Shown here: positions 35,501-49,053 of the stretch, in pieces
Position numbering within the stretch: the stretch's first letter is position 1
Layout: each line of letters starts with the position of its first letter
Source of the DNA: Pseudovirgaria hyperparasitica
Lineage: Eukaryota
Length of the DNA: 50,155 bases
Reading direction: 5' to 3' (one strand)
NCBI GenBank assembly: GCA_010093815.1
Contig: ML996582.1
Position numbers and translations under genes: made by a program
Notes under the pieces: generated by a model
Database searches by the model: none
The model's input: only the letters and a program-made list of their open reading frames with translations
Told to the model about the DNA's origin: nothing

Positions 35501-37821
35501 CGGTAGTATTAGATCCGGTAACTAATATACTCCGTGGCGAAGGTAAGGTTAAGCGTGGACCCGTCTTCGTCCTATTTATATTTTTTCTATATAACTTATT
35601 CTATAGGTGTGAGTAGGTATAGGAAGTCGTGGTAGCGGGTGCGTAGTTCCCTTACTCTAAGTTCTTCCCTAACTACGGCTAGGCCTCCCTACTATTAGTA
35701 GTAGAGGTTAAAGTCTCCTAGGAGGATGTGTTACCCTAGTTCTATAGTACCCTCGAGTATCTCGTCTAGTATAAGTACACGTTATTAGTTATATATGTTA
35801 TATATATATAGGGGGCCTATATCTATTTATAGGTGTAGTGTTATTCTAAGGTTATCGCGCTCGGTATACGACCATAATAAGAGTAGTATTAATCTATGAA
35901 TATAGAAGAGGACTCGTCTTTCTAGTCCTAGAGGGTATATAGTGTGGTATCCGGGGTATGTGGTTAGTTTACTTGTCTAGTAGTATTTATAGGGTTCCTA
36001 GATAGCGAGTATTATGGCCCCGGTCTCTTCGAGGAGCATCACCTAGTTCTCTCTTTTATATTATATATTTACCTATATAATTTAGAGTATATTCTAGTCC
36101 CTTATTAGGTACTAGGGAGTATATATACCTATATGCTTATTCCTTAGAGGCGCGACTGTCCTCGCGCGGCAGCGGCTTTAACTATACCTTTTAGTCGTCC
36201 CATCGTCTTCGGGATAATCTACTATCCCGCCTAACTACCTTCCGGAGGGGAGGTTAGGGGTATTATAAAGGAAGGGCCCGAGATGGGTGTTATATTCTAT
36301 AACTATCTCGCGCCTCTTACTTTTATCGTACGAATGTATTCTATAACCTATTTACGTTTTATATACGTTAACGACTACGACGGGTGTTTCCCGTCGTAGT
36401 TTAAATACTATACTATATCCCTATTTCTTAGCCCTTCTCCTCGCGGTTTATAAGGGCACTCCTAGGTGGCGTGGTCCCCACGGTACTATCCGCACTTAGT
36501 CTTCTATAAGCACCTTTATATAGTATGTCTATACCCTTAGTAGTTAAAGCACTATATTATTACCTATGCCCTATCCTATAGCTCGGCCATAAGGAGCTCT
36601 CCTTCTACTAGGAATCCCTCCTATATAATACGTTATACGAGGGCGGGGTCTCGGAGCTCTATAATTATAGTAGAGTGTTTTTTCGCCGTCGTCTTAATCG
36701 CCTATAGGTTCTTCTACCACGCTTTCACGATCTTAATCCCTGGGTATTTTCGCGCGTTGGATTATTCTATACACGTAATATCCTCCGCTCTAATAGCCTA
36801 TCCCCGTACGGGTACTAAGTATACCTATATCGGGTATATAGCCGCCCTAATAGAGGCGCCTAGGAAGATACTACTAATCGCGTTCGGATCGCGCGAGATG
36901 GTCTACTACGCGATATTCGTTATCGTGGTAAGTACTACTCCTCCTAGCGTGAGTTTGGCGGCGATGATATTTAACTATATTCCCTTTTATTCGTTAATCT
37001 TACTTACTATATCCTTTAGGGATGCTCGCTAGACCTATACTAGGGTATCCTTATCCTAGATTGCGACGCGTATACTATACGCCGCGTCGCTAGTCCGGGG
37101 GGCCCGTGGTATAGCTTCCGGTATTACTACTATTTATACCTATATACTAGGGCGCTTACCTTAAGTAAGTTCCTCCTAGATTCTACGTAGGCTAGCCTCT
37201 ATTCGGTCGAGCCTACCCTCCGGTCCTCCTAGTTATATCTTCTTCTCCTCCTCTATAATTCCCCTTAGATTCTAGATAAGGTCCTAGAACACATGTAGGA
37301 GGGTCTTCTAGCCCTCTCCGGCTTCCTTCTCTATACGTGCTATCTAGTAGTTAATGCGATCTAGGAGGGTTTCCCCTCTCGGGGTCCCCTTTATTCCGCC
37401 TATCTATAGTAGCGTGCGCCTTTAGGTGTGTTCTACGTTTTAGATAGGTATATAGCTACCCTCGGTAATATCGCTATATGGCCTTTTCTATCGTACCGGT
37501 GGGGGTATATCCGGTATATACCGGGGTATATCGGTGCCTAAGGCCGCCATATTTATTAGTTAAGGGCTACCCTTAACTAATAAAAGGGGGTCAGCGTATT
37601 AGCGTTCTAGTAGCGTGGTCCGTGCCTCTATCTCCGTGAGGATTTTAAGAGGGTGTATATATATCTTTACACGGCGATAACGTCTTGGTTTCGACGCTAT
37701 ACGTACGTGTATATGGTAGTAGTTAGTGTACTCGGTGTGCTCTATCGATTAAGGTGTGTATCTCGCTATATTACCCCGAATGGACCAAGTTAGCCTCTTA
37801 GGGATGTAAAAGAAGTTTTTT
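32538..37821 (-). mobile_element. Full-length Tad1-like LINE, copy 2 (RIP-inactivated), inserted in Gypsy-2 gag
   Basis: 16-bp TSD TTAGTTAGTTATATTA (32522-32537 / 37822-37837) and a (TAA)n tail. Colinear with copy 1; ORF1 ATG intact at 37550. Confidence 0.92.
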
Positions 37822-39170
37822 TTAGTTAGTTATATTAGTACTTAGTAGTTTTTCTAAGTAGTACTTAGGTACTATATATTCTATTCTACTATAGGTATAG
37901 TAAGTAACTTTAGATCGTTTATATAAGTTAGTTCTTATATCTTAAGGTATTAATTAGTAGGAAGACCTATAATATAATCCTTATGGTTTTAAATTTAAGG
38001 TATAGTAGTAGCCTTATAACGTTCTATAAGATCTATTACTAAATTAGTTTTAGTTAGATAATTTTATATTAGATTAGATTATTAGGGATAGTTATATACT
38101 AGCACGGTATTAATTATTTATTATACGCTAGTATCGCTCTACGAGGTTTATAAGAGCTTAAAGGTCTATAGAGATTATTATTATAAGGTCGAGATAGTTC
38201 TTTATATTTAGGGCGAGGGACCATTTAAAGTTATTATACTATTAAATTATATAATCTTCTTTAGCTTCTCTCTAGAGGGGCCTAAGGTATTTAAGGAGTT
38301 ATAATAGTAACTAATTATCTCGTTATTAAGTCTTAAAGATATAGCCCTAGGCCTAGTCGCGTTATTTAGCTCTATTACTAAAATATTAGAGGAGAAATTT
38401 AGTAAACGTATTCTAGTTATAGGTATCCTTAGGATATTTAATTTAGTATACTATCTAACGTTCTAAAGGTATTAGATTAAGATAGTTCTAGGTAAATCTA
38501 ATTTTATTACTATTATTCGTGAATAGATAGAAGAATCAGCTATATTAGTAAGTCTATATATAGAAACTCTTTCTACTTTTACTATTAAAGTAAGATAGTT
38601 TCTTAGGTTAGAGTAATTAGGATAGTAGTAGACTAGAATAGACTATTTTAGTTAGTATAGGTCTATATAAATATAGATTAGTCGTTACTAGAACTAAAGT
38701 ATATAATATAGCTTTAAGTCTTATAGTATATCCTTAAGCTTTATTAAGTTCGTGTAGTTATTACTTAAGTTAAGTCTAATATCATCTCTCTTTATATAGT
38801 CTAGTATATATATTATTATAGAGTATAGTTAATATTAGATAGTTCTAATAAATTAGCTTATTAATATTAATAGAGTCTAGTCTTATATTAAGATTAGATC
38901 TAGTATAGTTTAAACTAGACTAAGATAGAGTATAATAGACTCTATTCTTATATTCTATAATATCTTCTATAGTTATACGGAATATTATATAAGTTATTAG
39001 TATAATAGTCTATAAGATATAGTTATTAGTAGAGATAGTTATAGATAGACTATTCTTCTTATTTAGATTAGAAGAAGGTCTACTATAAGAGGCGGTACTA
39101 CGAGTATTATAACGAGTAGTTAGAGCTATTTCTATAAACTACTATCGTGCTATATAAAGAGGAATTAAAA

Positions 39171-39409
39171 TATAAGGATTATAGACGTAGGATAGTAGTC
39201 TAATAGGTTATAGAAGGATTCGGGAATATATTAAAAGAGTAGTCTACTCTCTTAATAAGGTTGATTCCTAAAGAGTAGGAATTAAGTGTGTGCGGCCTAC
39301 TTATATAGTAGTCTCGCTTATTCTAGCTGGCTTACCCTGGGTCCACCTGTCACGGACCGTACTAGACCATAGTATTCTAGTTGAGTTCATCCTGGTGTTA
39401 GCCCTAACA
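39171..39409 (-). repeat. 5' LTR of Gypsy-2
   Basis: Minus strand begins TGTTAGGGC, contains CTATATAAG, and is followed on the minus strand by gag. Confidence 0.85.
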
Positions 39410-41721
39410 TATATCCCCCCCCTAATCTAAGTCTATATAATCTTTAGCTATTATATTATTAGATTTAGAGTCTTTAATAGAGTCTCTATTAATATAGAGC
39501 TCCATTTCTAAATCCTTAGAAAATAATATATATTACCATAGCTTATTTAAGGCTTTAAAGTATTCTAGACTTGGATTAGATATAAATCTAGCTAGATAGC
39601 CTACTAGGTATTTTAGGTTATATCTAGTTAGACTAGTTAAATAGATAAGAGAACCAATTCCCCTTTAGAATTATCTAATATCTTTTAATTTAGCTTATAA
39701 GGGGTTTTTATCTAATTTAATACCTAGAGATAAAGGTATTTTAGATAGCTTTATATTCTCTTTATTAAACTTAATTAATAAGTTCTTAATAAAAGAGGAT
39801 TAAGATAATATAATAGAACCTTTAGTTCTATCTCTCTTTATTTCTATTTCTAGGTAATATTTAGCTTACTCTAGATTAGATATATCTAATTTAGAGTACT
39901 TAGTTATCTCTAAATAGAAGTTATCTATATCTTTAGTATTAGATGTAAAAACTAATATATTATCTATATAGGCTAAAATAATTAGATTATCTCTAATATA
40001 GACTATATTTTCAGCTATAATTTAAGTGAACTTTAAGAATATTAATATATCCTTAAGTAGGTCTTACTACTCTCTAGCTAATTATTTAAGTCTATATAAA
40101 GCTCTATTTAATTTATAGACTCTATTAGAGTAATTAGAGTCTATAAACCCCTCTAGCTAGTATATATATATAGTTTCTTTTAATCTAGTATTAGGAAAAG
40201 CTAATTTAAAGTCCTATTAATATATTTTAAGGTTATATAATCTATCTATAAGTAGTAATAAACGAATTACTATAGGTCTTATAGTATAAGTAAAAGTTTC
40301 TAGGTAATCTATTCCATATTTTTATAGAAAACCTCTAGCTATCTATCTAGCTATATACTTATTAATAGTATTATCTAGGTTTAATTTAAGTTTAAATACC
40401 CATCTACTAGAGATTATATTAGTAGAACTATTAGGTTTATCTACTAAATCCCATGTATTTTAACTTAATAAGTCATTATACTCCTTAATAGTAGTATTTT
40501 TCCATTCTATAGCATGTGTACTTTTCATAGCTTATTTATATAATTTAGACTCTATAATATCTAAGGATATATTATAAGCACTAAATTTAAATAGACTATT
40601 ATAAGTATAATAACATATAGCATTAGAACTAATATTACTATTATTAGTATAAGCTAATTCGTCTTCTAAATCTAAATTAATAGAGTCTATAAACCATCTA
40701 GGTTGTCTAGAGTCTCTAGACCCTCTAGAGAGTCTAGGTTGATTTTCTCTATTATTTATAAATTGATTCTGACTGTAATTATCACCCGATTCGGCTGTAA
40801 TTTTAGGAGTATTTGAATCATATATAGACTCGTTATCTGTGTAATTTTCGTCTTCTTCTAATTCATTTTCACTTAGTTCTCTATATATAGACTCTTGCTC
40901 TAGAGAGTCTAAGTAGAGTTTTTTACTTTTATTATAAAAAGTACTCTCTAGTATAGTAATATCTTTAGCCCATATAGTAGTATTATTACTAATATTAAGT
41001 AATTTATACTAATTATTATCATTATAGTTTATAAGATAATATAAGCTACTTCTAGGCTCTAATTTATTCTTAGGTATATGTTCCTTTTTATATACTCTAG
41101 AACCCTATACTTTTATATGTGTAATAATTGGTTTTTTACCATATTTAAGTTCATAGGGAGTTTTATACTCTATACTAGAATGTGGTATTCTATTATATAG
41201 ATAACACGCAGCTAATAGAGCTTTAGCCTAGTAATAATAAGGTAAATTAGCTTAATAAAGTAATAATCTAACTTTATTAAGTAATATCCTATTAATTCTC
41301 TCTACTTTAGAGTTCTGTTCTAGACTATAAGAACATGTATAGGTATATTCTATGCCTTTTTTATCAAAATAAGACTTATATAATAATGATTTATACTCTT
41401 TAGTATTATTAGAATGGAATCTCTTTACTTTATTATTATTATTAGACTAGTTTTCTTGTCTAGTAATATAATTCTTAGTAATTAAGAAGTTCTTATCTCT
41501 ATTTTTCATAATATCTACCTCTAGATATTTAGAATAGCCATCTAAATGAGTTATAAAGTATATATAATCATTTATAGTAGATGGTAAAGGACTATAAATG
41601 TTACTATATATAACCTCTAGATATTCCTTAGGTTTAGGAATATAATTAGACTTATATATTTTAGTATAACTAGTCTTTAGACATATTTCACACTCTTTAT
41701 ATAATAGATTATTATCTAGAA

Positions 41722-41949
41722 TGTTAGGACTTAGCCTTAGGTAGAACCCGACCTACACGTACCTTAGCTAACAGGGTTAGGAGGTAACGTGAAGGGCGGT
41801 AAATAGTTACATACTAGATAGATCGGCGTCCCTTTATATATATACTCTTAGATTCCTACTAAAAGGGTTCGGTAGTAATTCGTTCTATAATAGAATACAC
41901 CCTATTATTCTATCTAACTATACTACTATCTAATAACTCTATTCTTATA
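41722..41949 (+). repeat. 5' LTR of Gypsy-1
   Basis: TGTTAGGAC...TTCTTATA; differences from the 3' LTR are essentially transitions. Confidence 0.92.
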
Positions 41950-44900
41950 TTCGAATTACTCCCTATATAGTACTATAGTTAAGATAGTCTAACTAGAACC
42001 GAGAAGGTCGATACGATCCACTATAGAGATAAGTAATACTATATTAAATAATAGGGATCCTCTATAATTAGTATTAATTCTAGCCGTTTCTAACCGAGAA
42101 GTAGAAATATTAGACTAAATTACGGAGCTTTTAGACGAAGAAATGGTAGATACACCAAGTAACTTCTAATAATATAAAGCCGGATAATAAGTCGTGGCGG
42201 AGCCACGTAAGGTATTATAATAAACCATCGCCGAACTTTAGGAATCCGTCGCAAATTAGGCTTAAGAGATTTAAACCCTTAAAGAATAGGTAGAACGCGC
42301 GAAACTCCTTATAAAGAGACGAGAACTTAAGGAGTCTCTTAAAGAACTACGCCGAACGATAGTAGGTGGACGACTTCCTACACTAATTCAGGCGGAATTA
42401 GTTTACCTACTATTAGAGTTGTAATAATCCACCGTATACCCGGCCGCTTCGTTACCGATTTACCCTACTCCTTCCCTAGGTATGCCGAAACCTAAAGACC
42501 CGACTATATTTATAGGGAAGAACTAAAAGGAGTAGAAAGACTAGAAGAGAGACTACGAAAAGTACTTTCTTAATAACCCTCTACTCTTTTCTATTAAAGT
42601 ATAACGTATTTCGTTCGGAGAACGATACCTAGACTTATAATCCCGCGATTAATAGGATAGATAGAAGGAAGTGTAGCTACTATCTACGATAACCTAGGAA
42701 TATTTAGCTATATTTATACTAAACACCCTCGGAACAGATAGAGAACGTGAAAGAAAGGTACTATCTAAGTTAAGAAGCGTGGCATAACGACCGAACTAGA
42801 CACCTACTTAACTACTATAATACCTCTAAAACCTATAGGATAATATCCCTACGCTATAGGAAAATATTTATATATTCTAGTTTCGCGAAGTACTACTTCC
42901 ATTAATCCACAAAAGACTAGAAATAGTATTATTAAGTTTTAACTATCTATATAAATTAGAGGAGAAAGCTAACAAATACTACCGCATCCTTAAGGAACGC
43001 GGCTCTCTAGGTAAAACCAACGAACCCTATACGGGTTAGAAACGAGGTCGATCGAATACGTTCGATTAAGAGTAACCTTACCGCGATTAGCGCTAGAAGA
43101 GCGTAAATCGGGGTAGAAACGCGTTAAGAGGATACTAAAATAATCGAGGCGGTGCTTCTTAACGCGGAAAAGGATAAGGCATAGACTTAAATATAACACC
43201 TATTATAAAATAGTAGAATTATAGCGCACTTCGTTACTATAAGTATAGAGAAATAGAATATATTTCGCCTAACTATAAGAATCCGAAAAAAGAATAGGCT
43301 AGTACACGAGACCTAACCACGTCCTTAGCTAAATTATATATATTTAGAAGGAGCCGTAGCGCCTTCCGGCGAGTAAAGACCTAATATTACTAAAAGTATC
43401 GTTACCCATAGTAAATAGTAATAAAACTATATAGGCCCTTATAGATACTAGTATAGAAGATAACTATATTTTATCGATTCTCGTAAAGGAGTATAGATTA
43501 TCGTATAATCTTAGTAAAGTTAGCCGAACTATTATAGTTAATAGACATGAAGTTAGAACTTTAGGTAAAGCTATAACGAATTACGAAGTTCATAACTCGA
43601 AGATAATAAAATAGTAGATGTCTAATAAATTTATTATGGCTAATATTAGCTAATAGAATATGATTCTAGGGATGCCTTAGCTTAGACGCCTAAACCCTAT
43701 CCTTGATTTTTAGAAGGAGACATTAACGTTCCGATAATACTATAGTAAATTATACTAGTAAGTCGTAACTATTAGTAAGGAGGCATGGAACCTTACCGTA
43801 CGGACCCGATCGTCGCTAATCTATCTTACGTCCTTATTAATCATTAATAAAGATAAGAATAATAGTAATAATCGGGGCGAAGACACGCTACCTAATGTAT
43901 ATTCGTAGTATACGGATGTGTTTTTAGTAGGAGATACATTACTTCTTCCTAATCACGGGCCGTATAAGCTAAAGATTAAGCTTAAAGAGGGAGTAGACGT
44001 CCCTTATAGTCTACTTTACCTACTTTCGAGACTAGAACTCGAAGTTCTTTATAAATATATTAAAGAATATCTTAAAAGAGACTAGATACGTCGTAGTATA
44101 TTATCGGCCGGCGTACCTATTCTCTTCGTAAAGAAGAAAGACGGAAGTTTACGTCTATGCGTCGACTATTAGGCACTAAATATAGTAACTAAGAAGAATC
44201 GTTATCCATTACCGCTAGTTAGTAAATCTTTAGACTAATTAATAAAGGTAAAGTACTTTACGAAGCTAGATTTACGAGATATATATTACCGGCTTTAAAT
44301 TCGTTACGGAGATAAGTAGAAAACCGCATTTCGGACTAGATATAGTTATTTTAAGTATACTATTATACTATTTAGGCTAATAAATGCGCTAGGAGCGTTT
44401 TAAGGATATATTAATACTATACTCGTAGGATTACTTAACGTGATTTACGTAGTTTATCTTAATAATATACTGATTTACTCCGATAGCATGTAGGATTATA
44501 AAGAATACGTGAAATCGGTACTAAATCGTCTAAGGTAGTATAAACTCTACGCAAAATTATCTAAATGCGAGTTTTACTAATAAGAAGTTAGGTTTCTCGG
44601 CTTTATTATAATATATAGCGGCCTAAAAATGGAGCCGGAGCGTGTAAAGACTATTATAGAATAGCTAGAACCTACTACTATACGTTAAATTAGAATATTT
44701 ATAGGTTTCGTGAACTATTATCGTAAATTCATTATAGGCTTCTTACGAATTATAGCGCCGCTTAATAAACTTATAGAGAATGGCGGTAAAATCTCTATAG
44801 GTAGGCGAGTATAGCGTAAAGCTAAGTCGGTCGAGATATAGTTAACGCCGGAAGCGCGAGATACGTTCCGATTATTAAAGAATTACTTTATAACTACGCC

Positions 44901-47359
44901 GATTCTTAGGCATTTCGATCCCGAGAAGTATATTTAGGTTAAAACTAACGCGTTAGGATTCGTAATTACTAGAATTATTAGTTAACCATATAAAGATACG
45001 AAAGATAAGGTGTAATAGTACCCGGTTACTTTCTTTTCCTATAAAATAGCGGATATAGAGACGCGTTATAACACGCACGACTAGGAACTACTTATAATTA
45101 TTAAGAGTTTTAAGTAATAGTAACATTATTTAGAAGGCTCTATATATTAGATCGAATTATTATCGGATTATATAAATCTACGTTACTTTATGTCGACTAA
45201 GGTCCTTAATTACTAATAAGTACGTTAGGCTAAGTAGATGTTAATATTTAACTTTAAAATCTTATATAAAGCTAGAAGAGAGAATAAAGCTAATCCTCTA
45301 TCACGGCGTAAAGATTATAAGAAATCGTTATAGAATAACGTAGATAGTCGGTGTAAGTTAGACTATGCTATACTTTAGATACTATAAGACTAGTTATCTA
45401 ATAGAATACTAGAAGCTAGGATACTTTCGGCGATTCTCCGCGGGAATTAGAGCGGGTATTAAGTAATCTAAATAAACGTCTAAGAAACTAAGAAAACCCT
45501 TAAAGACTTAATTAAATCTACCTAGAATTCTAATATATTAGTAAAGAAAGTCATAAGTATAAAAGGAAGCGCTATAGATCCGCCGTAGTTATTAAGGTAG
45601 GAATAACAATTAGACGCGATCTACTTCTAAGGCCGACTCTACGTGCTAGAAGGCGACTTATAAATTAATATTTTAAGGGAATAGCACGATTACGTGTTAG
45701 TAGGGCACTTTAACATTATAAGAATAGTTAATTTAATCCGAAGGACGTACGACTAGCTAGGTCTTTATAAATATATAAAAGACTACGTAAAAACGTATAA
45801 CGTTTACCAGTATACGAAAGTATATAGACACTTACTATATAGCGAATTAAGGCCATTACCTATGCTAAAGGAGGCATGGAAGGAATTATTAATAGGTTTC
45901 ATTATAGATCTACCCCTAAGTAAGTGTTCTAGACACATTTATAATAGTTTACTTATAGTTCTAGATAGATTTACGAAGATATTATACTACATCCCTATAA
46001 GGAAGACGATCTAAGCACCGGATCTTATAGATATACTACTCCGTGACGTAGTCCGGCTCTATAGTATACCGAATAGTATAGTTTCGGATAGAGGTCCGTA
46101 GATAACGTCTAAATTTTAGAAGGATTTCTACTATACGCTAGGAATTAAGCGGAAACTTAGTACTACGTTCTATCTATAAATAGATAGGTAGACGGAGCGA
46201 TAGAATTAGATAGTCGAGGCGTATTTACGCGTATATTATAACTATAAGTAGGATAACTAGATAAGGTTAGTCTGTGTCGCGGAATTCGCGTACAATAATA
46301 GCCGATATACGTTAACCTACGGACTTAGTTCAAAGTAGAACGACCTAACGTTAAAGCAATAGAAATTACTATAGAACTATTCCAAACGCAAAGAAGCGTT
46401 GTAAAGTTACTATAAGATACTACGAATTATAGTAAATCATACCATGATAAGGGTAGAAAACCCATGATCTTCAATGTTAGGGACAAAGTTTTACTAAATA
46501 GTAAGAATATTCATAGTATTAGGCCAAAGAAGAAGCTTAACTATATGATAATAGATCTATATAAGATTACTTATGTAATTAATAACTAGGCGTACGAGTT
46601 GCAACTCCCTCCTATATTAAAGATATATAATGTATTCTATATTACGCTTCTCGAGCCATTTCATGCCTTATTATTACTAGATCGTTCTAAATAGATACTA
46701 TATAAAGTAGTTACGTAAGAAGGTATAGATATCTACGAAGTTAAGTAGATACTTAGCTAGTAACGCGCCGAAGATAGCACGTGGCTATATAAAATTTATT
46801 AGAAAGGATATAATCCTAATAAAGATACTTAGGAACCTATAATAAACATTAGTAAAGTAGCGATATTAGTATATAAGTAGCGATTAGCAAAGGAAGCTAC
46901 GGAATCGTAGAGAATTATACTAAAGTACGGCGATTCGATATTTTTTAGTATAGTTCGGCGCCAAGAACGGCCGCCTAAAAGGAAGAAGGTAAAAGAGACA
47001 TAGATCTTTAAAATATTCTAAGGAATTAAGGAACTTCCTTAGAAAGTTTGAACTTAGAACTTTAAAAAATTTAACTAAAAAAGAGACTTAGAAAAATAAT
47101 TTACTAAGAGAAATAGACATCGAAAATCGGTGCTAATTAGTATAGATCAGTATAGATTACTAAAGAGATTAAAGAAGTTATTATTAAAGAAAGATAAAAT
47201 TAAGAAAGCTAAAAGAAAATATAAAGATCTATATAGATCTATATAAACTCGTACTAATCTATCTAGAAGAAGTAAGATCGCTTTAAAATTAAAACTAAAA
47301 AACTAAAAACGCTAGATAAAAGAGATATATTAGTACTAATCGGTATAGATCTAAACCGA

Positions 47360-48341
47360 TTAAGTCGGAGTAGGAGTAGAAGTACTAATTACCGCGATAG
47401 TTATATCTAATTCCTTCCGCTAGTTCTTATTTAGTATAGTATAGAGCTTTATAATATAAGTCTCTAGCCTTTCGTTCCGACGCTATAAATTCTATATAGC
47501 GCGCCTTATAGCTATAAACTCCTCTATAGAAACCTACGGAGTAGCGGGACCTAGGATAGAAAGGGATAGACCGGCACGGGCACGCTAAGAATTATATAAA
47601 TTAGCAAAAAGATTTAACGATTAGTATAGAACTATATACCTTTAGTATAGAAACTTCTAGATTAGAGCTATCTTCCCTAAATTTATAGCTCTTTAGCATA
47701 CACGAGGAAGGAACCTTAGCCTTTTTACTAGAACCTTTTCTAGGGATTTTAATATCGCTAGTATATAGAAAGAAGTCCGAAGTAGTAGAGATTTTAGTAC
47801 TATTATAGAGATTAATATATATTAGTAAGAATCTATAACGATTTAAGAAAAACGATATTACCTAGTAATTATAGTAATAATAGCTATAGTAGATTCCGAT
47901 AAATCCTTACGGATCTTATTAGAATCGTACTCCTAGGCGTAACCCTTACCTTAGGTATATAGCTCGTAGAAAGCCTTCTCTAAGGCGTTACGATCAGTAG
48001 TACCACGCTCCTTATCAGTAGAGGTTACTAGAGGCCTAGTAGTAATCTATACTAATATAAGTAAATCTACGTAAAGTTCTTCGAACTTACTTAAATACCT
48101 ATAAGTAATAACGCTTCTTAGTTATATAAGTACTATATATTATAGATTTAGTACTACCGTGAGTAATATACGACGGAAAGCGATAACTATAATAATATAT
48201 AGCTAGATTATTAGAGCCCGGCCTAGGTCGGGGTAGATTAATGGCTTTCGACATGTCGGTAATATATATAAGATAGGGATTATTCGAAGGCGCCTATTTC
48301 CGCGCCGATTACTTTAGAGTATCGAGATTTCGGGAAACCAT
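47360..48341 (-). pseudogene. Antisense four-exon cargo gene of Gypsy-1 (Zn2Cys6-like cluster + coiled coil), RIPed
   Basis: ATG at 48341. Introns 48098-48047 (52 nt), 47861-47800 (62 nt) and 47639-47585 (55 nt), all GT..TAG, with CTAAT branch points in the last two. The spliced frame is continuous with only RIP-type stops. Confidence 0.7.
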
Positions 48342-48825
48342 ATTATAATTATTATTAATTTATACGGATTATTACGAATTATATTATTACTAGCTAAGGA
48401 TGGCACGAAAATTAGTAAATTGCGTAAATCGTACTAAATTATAGTAAATCTATATAAATCTATGTCTATAAGGATCGGGTAATATACCTAATAATCTAAA
48501 AAACTCTATAAAGAGTTAAGAAGTTTTTTAAAGAAAGGAATATTTCTAAGAAAAGATTTTAATATAGGTAGTACCTAGGCTTACCTAATTATATTACGTA
48601 ATACGCTAGGCCTAATTAGGTAATCTCACCTATATAAGAAGTTAAGATAAATAAAATCTAGTTTATTAGGAAAACGCTTATATAAATCTTAGATTGGTAA
48701 ATATTAGTAAGTATCTAAGACGAAGTATAGAGAACGACTAAGGTCTTACGAGACTTAGGATAGGGATATAGGGATAGATAATAATCTAGGTTACTAATAG
48801 TAGCTTCCTAGAGGGAAGGAATAAT

Positions 48826-49053
48826 TATTAGGACTTAGCCTTAGGTAGGACCCGATCTATAAATACCTTAGCTAATAGGGTTAGAAGGTGACGTGAAGGG
48901 CGGTAAATAGTCACGTGCTAGATAGATCGGCGTCTCTTTATATATATACTCTCGGATTCCTACCGAAAGGCTTTGGTAGTAATTCGTTCTATAATAGAAT
49001 ACACCCCATTGTTCTATCTAACTACACTACTATCTAATAACCCTATTCTTACA
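48826..49053 (+). repeat. 3' LTR of Gypsy-1
   Basis: TATTAGGAC...TTCTTACA, directly after the PPT. Confidence 0.92.

Larger units (their letters stand above)
25893..39409 (-). mobile_element. Ty3/Gypsy chromovirus (Gypsy-2), heavily RIPed, interrupted by LINE copy 2
   Basis: Related ~240-bp LTRs at 39171-39409 (5') and 25893-26132 (3', preceded on the minus strand by a purine tract). De-RIPed domains: gag CCHC (~37860-37915 and ~32465-32515), protease LDSGS (~32300), RT (PAGAPILF.KKKDG, YLDD; ~31200-31800), RNase H (~30600-30840), integrase (~29100-29900), chromodomain (~28800-28930). Confidence 0.85.
41722..49053 (+). mobile_element. Ty3/Gypsy chromovirus (Gypsy-1), RIPed, complete with both LTRs
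   Basis: 228-bp LTRs at 41722-41949 and 48826-49053, TSD TAGAA/TAGGA, PPT GAGGGAAGGAATAA. De-RIPed gag CCHC (~43236-43277), protease ALIDTG (~43435), RT YLDDILIYS (~44455), RNase H, integrase, chromodomain (~46733-46850). Confidence 0.92.

Noticed and set aside
19702..37584. Repeated ~33-bp palindrome as a CRISPR repeat
   Set aside because: Copies are kilobases apart inside LINEs in a eukaryotic genome, with no spacer array or cas genes.
39410..39423. G8 run on the minus strand next to an LTR, read as the Copia polypurine tract
   Set aside because: It is in frame as the RNase H (W)GGD codons, and the LTR is followed by Gypsy gag, so it is Gypsy-2's 5' LTR.
20946..43199. Short Tyr/Ile/Leu-rich ORFs in the AT-rich block (20946-21314, 23324-23551, 23778-23972, 36757-37032, 42990-43199)
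   Set aside because: Antisense to RIPed LINE or gag sequence; their composition is a RIP artefact.
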